Positions 22,326 to 35,200 of a stretch of 64,000 nucleotides of DNA are shown in pieces. The DNA lies in contig CM082586.2 in the NCBI GenBank assembly GCA_040954595.2, positions 10,137,337-10,201,336 of the forward strand, given 5' to 3'. The translations under genes and the position numbers were made by a program. Below the pieces are notes generated by a model, which saw only the letters and a program-made list of their open reading frames with translations, was not told the origin of the DNA and did no database searches. Source of the stretch: Balanoglossus misakiensis. Its lineage: Eukaryota; Animalia; Hemichordata. How positions within the stretch are numbered: the first letter of the stretch is position 1; the number at the start of each line of letters is the position of its first letter.

Positions 22326-22579
22326 ATGTGGAAAGAACTGATTTCGGAGTTTGTTGAAAGAAATACACGAACATCGCGAACATCGCACACATACACATGC
22401 ACATACTACTTCTCCAGCGACGATGCAGACAGCAGACATGGCGACGGGAAGAAACAGGTAGAGAAACGGAACGCTCCGCGCACGAGGACGAGGAACAGGC
22501 TTCTCCAGCCATCGACTACCGCCAGGACAAAAGGTAAAAGAATAAAAAGTGGCGCCAAGAGGAAACCAACAGACAGGGT

Positions 22580-23250
22580 TCTCATGTACATACCATGGCC
22601 ACACAAATAAATCCGAGACCCCAACCCGCACAAACCAGAGGCAATTACTTATGATGAATTGACTTTACCACAGCTGGTATCGGGTGAACTGAATCTATCT
22701 ATATATCTACCTTACTGGCCAACTTCAACATATTGAAGGCTTTGCCAGTGAGTGCACCCTATAGTACAGGACATCAAAAATGTCAGTTTTCTGGTTTGGT
22801 GAAGTGTAGTGCCAAAGAAGATTTGAAGGATTCATGTGACATCATATTAGGGATGAGTTTAGATAATGCTTCCACTGTCAATCGTTTAGCAAACTTGCAA
22901 AACATTGTCACTGACGCTCAGTTGTATTCTTGGGAGAGGGTCCGTAAATACCACTCAATAATTATTTTACAATACCTTGAGCAGGGGTTGTTGGTGTGGG
23001 GCGACGATTTTGACAACCTGCATACCAGATTCGTCAGAAACCCTCCCCAAATTAGTGTGGATCAACCAGTTAAGCCTAGCGCTAAGAAAAACCGTCACTC
23101 TCGCTATTGCTCTGCCTTTCAAGATCACAAATGTAGCCAAATCTCTGATCATGTAGTGGAGGGCAAATTGGAAAAGCATGTCTGCTCCGCCTGTTTGCGC
23201 TTTAGGCATTAGGAAACACGGCATGCTTCCACAGATTGCCCCTTTAACGA
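22580..23250 (+). pseudogene. Gag-like ORF1 remnant of the YR retrotransposon
   Basis: IPWPH..YDELTLPQLVSGEL, YSWERVRKYH..LEQGLLVWGDD and Cys/His cluster YCSAFQDHKC..H..HVCSAC..H....CP; internal stops. Confidence 0.7.
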
Positions 23251-23639
23251 TAAAGAATTCAGGGACGAAACACCAAAAAAACCCAGGGAATGGCCTGCAG
23301 CACCAGGGGGAGAGGGGATTTTCCAAGATGTAGCAGAATATGGCTCATGTAACAGTATAGCTGATCAGCCTTTTTGTTATGTAGGTTTTTCACCTGACCT
23401 TTCAAACTTTGTAAATGGTGTAGCTTTTGATGCTCACAATTTGTATTGCCACATTTCTGTACTTTTCGACTGTGCCCTCTCGCATCATGTTCTAGCAAAG
23501 GCTATATCAGGTACCAAGACCTTCCAGTACCAGGAATTTTTAGTACCCACCGTTGTTGACACTCCACTTCTTCCAGTTATTCCGGCCTGGGTCCCCCCAC
23601 ACACGACTGATTGGCCCCCATGTTCGCCAGTTTCACACG

Positions 23640-25250
23640 AGTAGGTCCTACAAGCGCACAGGACAGTTTTCACTTCCGGAAAACCAAACTTTGCCGGAGT
23701 GCGTATCCCTGTTCCCATTGCACTAAACATTCCAGCATGGCGAGCCAGACTTCCTGACAGGCACAGCGGAATTATAGTTGACTTTCTTGAATTTGGTTGG
23801 CCCATCAATTTCACTGGTAATTGCTTGCCACTTGCTAGCAGGCGCAACCATAGATCCGCCTTGCAATTTGCTCACCATGTTGATGCCTTCGTTAGCACTG
23901 AAGTTAGTCTAAAGGCCACCGCTGGACCATTCGCATCTAACCCACATACTATGCCAGTGGCTACTTCCCCGCTCTCCTCAGTCCCGAAGAAGGGGTCTCC
24001 GTATAGGCGTATTATAATGGATCTCAGTTTTCCCATCTCTAGTTCTGTCAATGCAGGTTTTTCAGCATTGACCTTCCTGCAGCAGCCTTTCCAGCTCCGC
24101 TACCCCAATATTGACACGCTGGTCGCGATTATCAGAGATTTGGGTCCCGGTTGTCTCTTGTTTAAACTAGACTTGAGTAGGGCTTACAGACAATTGCCAG
24201 TGGATCCCCACGACTTTCACCTGTTGGGTTATACATGGCGAGATTCGCTCTTTATTGATCTCCGTTTGCCATTTGGGTTGCGCTCCGCGGCGCTTGCATG
24301 TCAGGCCACCACGAACACCGTGATTGCCATGTACCATAATCTGGGTTTTCGCGCAGTCAATTATTTTGGATGACTTTTGCGGCGCAGACACCCCTATACG
24401 GGCCCAGTCCGCCTTTTTAGCTTTGCGGTCTCTTCTCTCTGAATTAGGTCTACAGGAAGCCTTTGGTCAAGCTGTAACCCCCACAACTTGTCTCTCGTTT
24501 TTAGTCACAGAGGACAGGCTCACTGAGCTTTCAGAGCTTCTTGCTCATTGTTCAGGCAGGAAAAATGCCACTAGACGTCAGTTGCAGGTCCTTATCGGCA
24601 AGCTTTCATTTGTCTCTAGCTGTGTTCGTGCAGGCCGTCTTTTTATTAGCCGCATGCTTGACACGCTACGTTCTGTCCAGTCAGCGCGGCATCACATTTA
24701 CTTAAACGTGCAGTTCCAGAAAGATATCAGTTGGTGGATCTCTTTTCTTAGGCAATATAACGGCGTTTCGATTATTCCGGAACTGGTCTGGTCCACACCT
24801 AACAGCGTTATTTGTACAGATGCTTGCCTTTCAGGATGTGGTGGAATCTCAGCCTCACAGTATTTCCATGCCCCATTCCCAGATTTTGTCTTGCAGCAGC
24901 AACAGCCTATCCATTGCCTTGACATGCTCACCATCGTAGTGGCGGCCAGACTTTGGGGTGACAAATGGACAGGCCTGCGCATTCTAGTCATCAGCGACAA
25001 CAGCAGCATGGTACAGGTTCTTAACACCGGCCGCGGTCGCGACCCCTTTCTCATGTCAGCCGCGCGCGAACTTTGGTTTATTGCAGCGACACATCAGTTC
25101 GAGCTGAAAGCGCGCCTATCTTCCTGGCGCTCAGAACAGCATTGCCGATTGCTTGTCACGCTGGCATTTGGACCGCAAGTACCGCGACACCTTTGCCTCA
25201 CTCACAGGAGATAAACTTCTTGAAGAAACTCGTCCTTCAGAAGCATTGTT
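23640..25250 (+). pseudogene. DIRS/Ngaro-type reverse transcriptase-RNase H
   Basis: FLEFGWPI, RRIIMDLSFP, LFKLDLSRAYRQLPVDP and LPFGLRSA. The YxDD motif is frameshifted at ~24362-24375 (AATTATTTTGGATGACTTT). RNase H motifs CTDACLSGCGG and SDN. Confidence 0.92.
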
Positions 25251-25283
25251 TTCACTAAACGTCTTATTTTAATTTATTTGCAG

Positions 25284-25770
25284 CTGTGCAGCAAGATCTG
25301 GAGTTATTAAGACAAGAGGTCAAGAACTCCCGGCTAGCAGCCTTTCGTCCCGGTACGCTCAGGAACCTGAATATTCAGTTCCGCTCCTATATAAGTTTTG
25401 CACTTCACTACGGTTTGTAAGCGGTGCCTACAACGTCCACGGTTTTGGCGCTTTATGCCCAGTTTCTTAGCAGGTCGTTTAGTAGTCCTGCATCCGTTAC
25501 CAATTATATTGCGGGTGTCAAGACACTTCATATACTGACCGGCCACAGCCTGAAACCTTTCGAATGCCTGGGTTTCAAATTGGCGCTCACAGGCATCAGA
25601 AAAAGCAGTGTCCACACACCTTCTCAGAAGTTGCCTTTGACAGTTCCCATGTTGGAGGAAATTGGCAACTATTATTGATCTTTCCAACAAGTTTCATTTA
25701 ACAGTTTGGTGCGCTGTTTTAATTGGCTTCTTTGCCTTTTTGAGGAAATCGAACTTGGTTCCTCCCTATA
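25284..25770 (+). pseudogene. Tyrosine recombinase, N-terminal part
   Basis: AFRPGTLRNL..LYAQFLSRSFSSPASVTNYIAGVKTLH..QKLPLT..WCAVLIGFFAFLRKSNLVP (first catalytic Arg region). One stop, one frameshift, then truncated. Confidence 0.85.
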
Positions 25771-25859
25771 AACCAAACAACTTGTTCATATTTACTGTAT
25801 ACTAAGTGTTATTTTTTCACAATTGGGAACAGGTACATCAAATACAAATAACAATGGTA

Positions 25860-27389
25860 GAGTCACATTATAATATTGTGAGAAATTACTAGTGTAAAGA
25901 AGAGTTATACATGGCACGGTAGGGGGCTCACTTTTTATGGGAAAGTAACAATTATAAAATCCTTGGTCAATTCACAGTTTACTCATCTTTTCATGTCTCT
26001 ACCATCTCCTGGTAATGACTTCTTTAAAAAGTATGAAACTTCAGTTTTTAGTTTTCAATTTTTTGTGGGGTGGTAAGCGAGACAAGATTAAGAGGAATAC
26101 CATCTACAATTAATATGTAAATGGGGGTCTCAATTTGACAAATTTGCCTGCCTTTAATTTGACGCTAAAGACAGCCTGGTTTTTGAGGATCATGTGAAAC
26201 AATAGTTTATTTTGTAGTAAATGGTATAAATTTGTTCTTTCCAGTTTTGGTGGGCCCCAAGTGTATTATGCCAATTTAAAAAAAGATGATTTTCATATTT
26301 TGAACCCCATTAATTCTGTTTTCTTAAGACAAATTTATTCAGCATGGCTGCAGTATAATACCACTACAGTATCTGATAAAGACGATGTATGCCAAGAACT
26401 AATTTGCAATAATTCTGAGATACGAATTAGTGATAAGCCAATATTGTGGAATAACTTTTCAAGGAATGGTGTTATTTTTATTAATGATCTTATCGATGCT
26501 AATTGTAAGTTTTATAATTATGAGCAGTTTACTACAATATATGGTAATATTTGTACACAATTTCAGTTATTATGTGCAATACCACTTGATTGGAAAAATA
26601 TTGTACATAATTCACACTCATCCAAACTACTGGTATGTAAGCCTAATTTTCGAAATCCCAATTGTTTGTCTGGTAAAAAACTCAATAGAGAGATGTACAC
26701 TTTTGTTCTGAATTTACAAACACCACAGGAGCTTTCTCCACACATAATACGTTATTGGTACGATGTATTTGATGAAGTATTTTCCTTAAAAACTGTGTTT
26801 TCGCTTCCTTTCAAATTAACAAATGATATTAAGCTTTGGAATTTTCAGTACAAACTAATAATGAAGATCTTGCCTTCAAACCGCATGCTTTACAAATGGC
26901 GAATAATTGACTCCCCACTTTGTATTTTTTGTAAAGATGTTGTAGAGGATTATTACCATCTTTTTTGGGATTGAATTTATACTAGTCGGTTTTGGATTTC
27001 AGTGAAAGAGTGTTTTTTTACTGTTACACTTAATACACTAAGGTTAAGTGCAATGTACTGTATTCTGGGTAATATAGATGAGGGGGGTAGTCAACTTGCA
27101 AATTTCATTCTTTTGATTGGACGTTCTTATATTTTTAAATGTAAAGTGCCGAATGTTTTGCCAAACATGCTTCAGTTTAAATCATATGTGAAATCTATTT
27201 ATAAAATAGAAGATAATGTAGCCACTACAAATGATAGACAGGGGATACATCTAGAAAAATGGGGAGCTTTTGTCAACTTGTTCGTTTATTAGTGTTCTTT
27301 TTGTGGTTTCTTTCTTTTTCTTGTCTTTGTCGACTTTTTTGTTTTTGTCCTGTATTTTTGAAATGAAAAAAAAAAAAAAAAAAAAAAAA
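25860..27389 (+). mobile_element. 5'-truncated Tx1/L1-clade non-LTR retrotransposon with poly-A tail
   Basis: W..RGLTFYGKVTIIKSL, FLWGGKRDKIKR..GGLNL, FQYKLIMKILPSN, zinc finger CIFC..EDYYHLFWD and terminal HLEKW. T-rich 3' UTR and A24 at 27366-27389; stops and frameshifts present. Confidence 0.9.
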
Positions 27390-28034
27390 GAAGAAGAGTT
27401 ATATGTATTCAGTTTCATGTCAGTTTCTGACTTATACCAACAACAGTGTTTTCTCACATAAAATTAGGAATGATATGGATGTACTGTAATACTGTCATTG
27501 CAACTCGGTGAACACGTATTTTCATGCAGTTTTTCCAATCAAAACTGGAAATATAATGTAATGTACAAAACATGCTCTACTAAATAAACCTTATAACTTA
27601 AAACTTAAAAATTATATCTTGTTTTGAATGAGCATTGTGCTATGTGATTTGTAGTCAGCTTTTGAATAAATTACATGTGATTTTTACATATACAGGAGAA
27701 ATGAACAATGTCATTGTAATTATTTAAGGTATTAACTTCACATCTGATAGACAGGTTGGCAACCTCAGACTAAGTTCTTGGATGACTAAAAACTACAAGC
27801 AAATATTCAAACTCAGTGAATGTTCTCCAGACATGACATCTCAATGAAGCTAAGCTTAAACTACCATACTACACATGACTGAGTGTACTCCTTGCTTGAC
27901 ATGCAAAGTAGCTAAGTTGTTAAACATCAATTCTACAAAAACCTGACATTTTAACAAACAACAACAACACATACATTTACAACATTGACAATCACTGCAT
28001 TTCAGTCTGCACTTCTCCTTGTAGTGGGGCAGTT

Positions 28035-28260
28035 AACCCAAAAATCGTGCAATTTGGGTTAAAAGCATGAAACTTGGTACACTTATGGCGGCCATTTTCT
28101 GATATGGATCTAAAATGACACAGCCCTCTAGTGACCAGAAACAGATATCAAACTTTAAAATCGTGCACTTTGGGTTAAAAGCATGAAATTTGGTACAATT
28201 ATTCATTGACCCATGGCGGACATTTTCCAATATGGATCCCAAAATAGCGGCCAGAAACTG
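28035..28260. repeat. Two copies of a ~116-bp unit (probable non-autonomous element fragment)
   Basis: AAAATCGTGCA.TTTGGGTTAAAAGCATGAAA.TTGGTACA at 28041 and 28157, each followed by ATGGCGG.CATTTTC..ATATGGATC. Confidence 0.75.
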
Positions 28261-28359
28261 ACATTCACACTTCTCTCCCATTATTGGCACTTTTTGGTCA
28301 ATTGTAACACTCAGAAACAGGAATATTGGTTGTAAAACATACTTGCTTCCATACATTCC

Positions 28360-28797
28360 TCTGTATATTATCCTAATTGTGATGTACATGTATCAGATCA
28401 ATCTTGATGACATTCTCCTTTACAGTAACAAAGAGCACTGCTGTCAGACTAGACCTAAAGCACCTACAGGAACATGTGCATTACTTTTTACAACTGATTT
28501 CCTGAGGTTGACTCTTTTCTTGGGCTTGACTAAGAGTTTTCCAACTTGATTTCCAATGGGATTCTGTTGGTTTGATATAGCTTTGCTAGGTTTCTCATAG
28601 CACATGTTCTTTTAGAGCTGCCTGTGTAGAAGGAATATTCTCAAGAACCCTTGACTTTCTGGAGAAGAGATATTGTCTTACCCTTTGCATGACTTTGAGT
28701 ATTCAACTGGTTCTGTTATACCGAAGAACAAATTGTTCAATTAGTAACATACAAGATTGATCTGATACATGTACATCAGGATTAGGAGAATATTCAA
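28360..28797. mobile_element. MITE-like element with ~45-bp inverted repeats
   Basis: Perfect 27-bp IR TGATGTACATGTATCAGATCAATCTTG (28380-28406 and 28752-28778), extending outward with mismatches; TSD not identified. Confidence 0.65.
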
Positions 28798-29203
28798 AGC
28801 GATCTGGAGCAGATAAGATAGGATGATTTTCTCCCGGCCTCCAGCATCTGCCAACTCCTGTCTGTCACCTAATAATCTGACAAGTCATAATAAGGAGATT
28901 TTTCTTATTTGTGGTTTAAATAATACTGTACTTTTGGTAGGAGTTTTTGATACAGTGTGATGGAAAAGAGGAATCAGTGTTAATTTCTTTAGATGATTGT
29001 TGATTTTGTGACATTCAGGTTTTTTTCACTATTAAACATGTCACTTGATATGCTTATTTTTTTCATGAAAAATTTAAAACAAAACTTTAAAATTACATTA
29101 GAATTTAATGAATTTTGAATTATGGTTATCTCTTACATTATTACTACTTTTATAAATATTTACATCATAATGTGTCAATTCTTTTTATCTGAATTAATTA
29201 GAC

Positions 29204-32200
29204 TGGAAGCAACCACGGAAATTTTAGAACTATCCGTCGATCTACAGAGTATAGTGGAAAACGTTCATATGCGCATAGGCCTATCAATGTGTTCTGCGCA
29301 TCACAAAAGATTTTTGTAAACAAACGAGGATGTGTTTGGAAGCAACCATGGAAATTTTAGAACTATCCGTCGATCTACGGAGTCTAGTGGAAAACTTTCC
29401 AATGCGCATAGGCCTATCTATGTGTTCTGCGCATCACAACAGAATTTTGTAAACAAACGAGGATGTGTTTGGAAGCAACCATGGAAATTTTAGAACTATC
29501 CGTCGATATACAGAGTCTAGTGGAAAACGTTCATATGCGCATAGGCCTATCTATGTGTTCTGCGCATCACAACAGATTTTTGTAAACAAACGAGGATGTG
29601 TTTGGAAGCAACCATGGAAATTTTAGAACTATCCGTCGATCTACGGAGTCTAGTGGAAAACTTTCCAATGCGTATAGGCCTATCTATGTGTTCTGCGCAT
29701 CACAACAGAATTTTGTAAACAAACGAGGATGTGTTTGGAAGCAACCATGGAAATTTTAGAACTATCCGTCGATATACAGAGTCTAGTGGAAAACGTTCTT
29801 ATGCGCATAGGCCTCTCTATGTGTTCTGCGCATCACAACAGAATTTTGTAAACACACGATGCTTTGTTTGGAAGCAACCATGGAAATTTTAGAACTATCC
29901 GTCGATCTACGGAGTCTAGTGGAAAAATTTCTTATGCGCAAAGGCATATGTATGTGTTCTACGCATCACAACATAATTCTGTAAATAAACGAGGCTGTTT
30001 GGAAACAACCATGGACATTTTACAACTGTCCGTCGATCTACAGAGTCTGGTGGAAAAGTTTCTTATGCGCATAGGCCTATTACGTGTTCTGCGCCTCACA
30101 ACAGAATTCGGTAAATAAACGAGGCTGTTTGGAAGCAACCATGGAAATTTTAGAACTATCCGTCGATCTACGGAGTCTAGTGGAAACATTTCCAATGCGC
30201 ATAGGCCTATCTATGTGTTCTGCGCATCACAACAGAATTTTGTAAACAAACGAGGATGTGTTTGGAAGCAACCATGGAAATTTTAGAACTATCCGTCGAT
30301 ATACAGAGTCTAGTGGAAAACGTTCTTATGCGCATAGACCTCTCTATGTGTTCTGCGCATCACAACAGAATTTTGTAAACAAACGATGCTTTGTTTGGAA
30401 GCAACCATGGAAATTTTAGAACTATCCGTCGATCTACGGAGTCTAGTGGAAAAATTTCTTATGCGCATAGGCATATGTATGTGTTCTACGCATCACAACA
30501 TAATTCGGTAAATAAACGAGGCTGTTTGGAAACAACCATGGAAATTTTACAACTGTCCGTCGATCTACAGAGTCTGGTGGAAAAGTTTCTTATGCGCATA
30601 GGCCTATTACGTGTTCTGCGCCTCACAACAGAATTCGGTAAATAAACGAGGCTGTTTGGAAGCAACCATGGAAATTTTAGAACTATCCGTCGATCTACAG
30701 AGTCTAGTGGAAAACGTTCTTATGCGCATAGGCCTATCTATGTATTATGCGCATCACAACAGAATTTTGTAAACAAACGAGGATGTGTTTGGAAGCAACC
30801 ATGGAAATTTTAGAACTATCCGTCGATATACAGAGTCTAGTGGAAAACGTTCTTATGCGCATAGGCCTCTCTATGTGTTCTGCGCATCACAACAGAATTT
30901 TGTAAACAAACGATGCTTTGTTTGGAAGCAACCATGGAAATTTTAGAACTATCCGTCGATCTACGGAGTCTAGTGGAAAAATTTCTCATGCGCATAGGCA
31001 TATGTATGTGTTCTACGCATCACAACATAATTCTGTAAATAAACGAGGCTGTTTGGAAACAACCATGGACATTTTACAACTGTCCGTCGATCTACAGAGT
31101 CTGGTGGAAAAGTTTCTTATGCGCATAGGCCTATTACGTGTTCTGCGCCTCACAACAGAATTCGGTAAATAAACGAGGCTGTTTGGAAGCAACCATGGAA
31201 ATTTTAGAACTATCCGTCGATCTACGGAGTCTAGTGGAAAACTTTCCAATGCGCATAGGCCTATCTATGTGTTCTGCGCATCACAACAGAATTTTGTAAA
31301 CAAACGAGGATGTGTTTGGAAGCAACCATGGAAATTTTAGAACTATCCGTCGATCTACGGAGTCTAGTGGAAACATTTCCAATGCGCATAGGCCTATCTA
31401 TGTGTTCTGCGCATCACAACAGAATTTTGTAAACAAACGAGGATGTGTTTGGAAGCAACCATGGAAATTTTAGAACTATCCGTCGATATACAGAGTCTAG
31501 TGGAAAACGTTCTTATGCGCATAGGCCTCTCTATGTGTTCTGCGCATCACAACAGAATTTTGTAAACAAACGATGCTTTGTTTGGAAGCAACCATGGAAA
31601 TTTTAGAACTATCCGTCGATCTACGGAGTCTAGTGGAAAAATTTCTTATGCGCATAGGCATATGTATGTGTTCTACGCATCACAACATAATTCGGTAAAT
31701 AAACGAGGCTGTTTGGAAACAACCATGGAAATTTTACAACTGTCCGTCGATCTACAGAGTCTGGTGGAAAAGTTTCTTATGCGCATAGGCCTATTACGTG
31801 TTCTGCGCCTCACAACAGAATTCGGTAAATAAACGAGGCTGTTTGGAAGCAACCATGGAAATTTTAGAACTATCCGTCGATCTACAGAGTCTAGTGGAAA
31901 ACGTTCTTATGCGCATAGGCCTATCTATGTATTATGCGCATCACAACAGAATTTTGTAAACAAACGAGGATGTGTTTGGAAGCAACCATGGAAATTTTAG
32001 AACTATCCGTCGATATACAGAGTCTAGTGGAAAACGTTCTTATGCGCATAGGCCTCTCTATGTGTTCTGCGCATCACAACAGAATTTTGTAAACAAACGA
32101 TGCTTTGTTTGGAAGCAACCATGGAAATTTTAGAACTATCCGTCGATCTACGGAGTCTAGTGGAAAAATTTCTTATGCGCATAGGCATATGTATGTGTTC

Positions 32201-35200
32201 TACGCAACACAACAGAATTCGGTAAATAAACGAGGCTGTTTGGAAACAACCATGGAAATTTTACAACTATCCGTCGATCTACAGAGTCTGGTGGAAAACT
32301 TTCTGATGCGCATAGGCCTATTACGTGTTCTGCGCCTCACAACAGAATTCGGTAAATAAACGAGGCTGTTTGGAAGCAACCATGGAAATTTTAGAACTAT
32401 CCGTCGATCTACAGAGTCTAGTGGAAAACGTTCTTATGCGCATAGGCCTATCTAAATAAACGAGGCTGTATTTGGAAGCAACAAAGTAAATTTTACAACT
32501 ATACGTCGATCTACGGAGTCTAGTGGAAAACGTTCTTATGCGCATAGGCCTATCTAAATAAACGAGGCTGTATTTGGAAGCAACAAAGTAAATTTTACAA
32601 CTATACGTCGATCTACGGAGTCTAGTGGAAAAATTTCTTATGCGCATAGGCATATGTATGTGTTCTGCGCATCACAACAGAATTTTGTAAACAAACGAGG
32701 ATGTGTTTGGAAGCAACCATGGAAATTTTAGAACTATCCGTCGATATACAGAGTCTAGTGGAAAACGTTCTTATGCGCATAGGCCTCTCTATGTGTTCTG
32801 CGCATCACAACAGAATTTTGTAAACAAACGATGCTTTGTTTGGAAGCAACCATGGAAATTTTAGAACTATCCGTCGATCTACGGAGTCTAGTGGAAAAAT
32901 TTCTTATGCGCATAGGCATATGTATGTGTTCTACGCATCACAACATAATTCGGTAAATAAACGAGGCTGTTTGGAAACAACCATGGAAATTTTACAACTG
33001 TCCGTCGATCTACAGAGTCTGGTGGAAAAGTTTCTTATGCGCATAGGCCTATTACGTGTTCTGCGCCTCACAACAGAATTCGGTAAATAAACGAGGCTGT
33101 TTGGAAGCAACCATGGAAATTTTAGAACTATCCGTCGATCTACAGAGTCTAGTGGAAAACGTTCTTATGCGCATAGGCCTATCTATGTATTATGCGCATC
33201 ACAACAGAATTTTGTAAACAAACGAGGATGTGTTTGGAAGCAACCATGGAAATTTTAGAACTATCCGTCGATATACAGAGTCTAGTGGAAAACGTTCTTA
33301 TGCGCATAGGCCTCTCTATGTGTTCTGCGCATCACAACAGAATTTTGTAAACAAACGATGCTTTGTTTGGAAGCAACCATGGAAATTTTAGAACTATCCG
33401 TCGATCTACGGAGTCTAGTGGAAAAATTTCTTATGCGCATAGGCATATGTATGTGTTCTACGCAACACAACAGAATTCGGTAAATAAACGAGGCTGTTTG
33501 GAAACAACCATGGAAATTTTACAACTATCCGTCGATCTACAGAGTCTGGTGGAAAACTTTCTGATGCGCATAGGCCTATTACGTGTTCTGCGCCTCACAA
33601 CAGAATTCGGTAAATAAACGAGGCTGTTTGGAAGCAACCATGGAAATTTTAGAACTATCCGTCGATCTACAGAGTCTAGTGGAAAACGTTCTTATGCGCA
33701 TAGGCCTATCTAAATAAACGAGGCTGTATTTGGAAGCAACAAAGTAAATTTTACAACTATACGTCGATCTACGGAGTCTAGTGGAAAAATTTCTTATGCG
33801 CATAGGCATATGTATGTGTTCTGCGTCTCACAACAGAATTCGGTAAATAAACGAGGCTGTTTGGAAGCAACCATGGAAATTTTAGAACTATCCGTCGATC
33901 TACGGAGTATAGTGGAAAACGTTCATATGCACATAGGCCTATCTATGTGTTCTGCGCATCACAACAGATTTTTGTAAACAAACGAGGATGTGTTTGGAAG
34001 CAACCATGGAAATTTTAGAACTATCCGTCCATCTACGGAGTCTAGTGGAAAACTTTCCGATGCGCATAGGCCTATCTATGTGTTCTGCGCATCACAACAG
34101 AATTTTGTAAACAAACGAGGATGTGTTTGGAAGCAACCATGGAAATTTTAGAACTATCCGTCGATCTACAGAGTCTAGTGGAAAACGTTCTTATGCGCAT
34201 AGGCCTCTCTATTTGTTCTGCGCATCACAACAGAATTTTGTATACAAACGATGCTTTGTTTGGAAGCAACCATGGAAATTTTAGAACTATCCGTCGATCT
34301 ACGGAGTCTAGTGGAAAAATTTCTTATGCGCATAGGCATATGTATGTGTTCTACGCATCACAACAGAATTCGGTATATAAACGAGGCTGTTTGGAAACAA
34401 CCATGGAAATTTTACAACTGTCTGTCGATCTACAGAGTCTGGTGGAAAAGTTTCTTATGCGCATAGGCCTATTACGTGTTCTGCGCCTCACAAGAGAATT
34501 CGGTAAATAAACGAGGCTGTTTGGAAGCAACCATGGAAATTTTAGAACTATCCGTCGATCTACAGAGTCTAGTGGAAAACGTTCTTATGCGCATAGGACT
34601 ATCTATGTATTATGCGCATCACAACAGAATTTTGTAAACAAACGAGGATGTGTTTGGAAGCAACCATGGAAATTTTAGAACTATCCGTCGATATACAGAG
34701 TCTAGTGGAAAACGTTCATATGCGCATAGGCCTCTCTATATGTTCTGCGCATCACAACAGAATTTTGTAAACAAACGATGCTTTGTTTGGAAGCAACCAT
34801 GGAAATTTTAGAACTATCCGTCGATCTACGGAGTCTAGTGGAAAAATTTCTTATGCGCATAGGCATATGTATGTGTTCTACGCATCACAACAGAATTCGG
34901 TAAATAAACGAGGCTGTTTGGAAACAACCATGGAAATTTTACAACTATCCGTCGATCTACAGAGTCTGGTGGAAAAGTCTCTTATGCGCATAGGCCTATT
35001 ACGTGTTCTGCGCCTCACAACAGAATTCGGTAAATAAACGAGGCTGTTTGGAAGCAACCATGGAAATTTTAGAACTATCCGTCGATCTACAGAGTATAGT
35101 GAAAAACGTTCTTATGCGCATAGGCCTATCTATGTATTATGCGCATCACAACAGAAATCGCTAAATAAACGAGGCTGTATTTGGAAGCAACCATGGAAAT

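Larger units (their letters stand above)
22330..25770 (+). mobile_element. Tyrosine-recombinase retrotransposon (Ngaro/DIRS group), degraded and 3'-truncated
   Basis: Gag-like, RT, RNase H and YR segments in order. No methyltransferase between RNase H and YR, which favours Ngaro. Confidence 0.85.
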
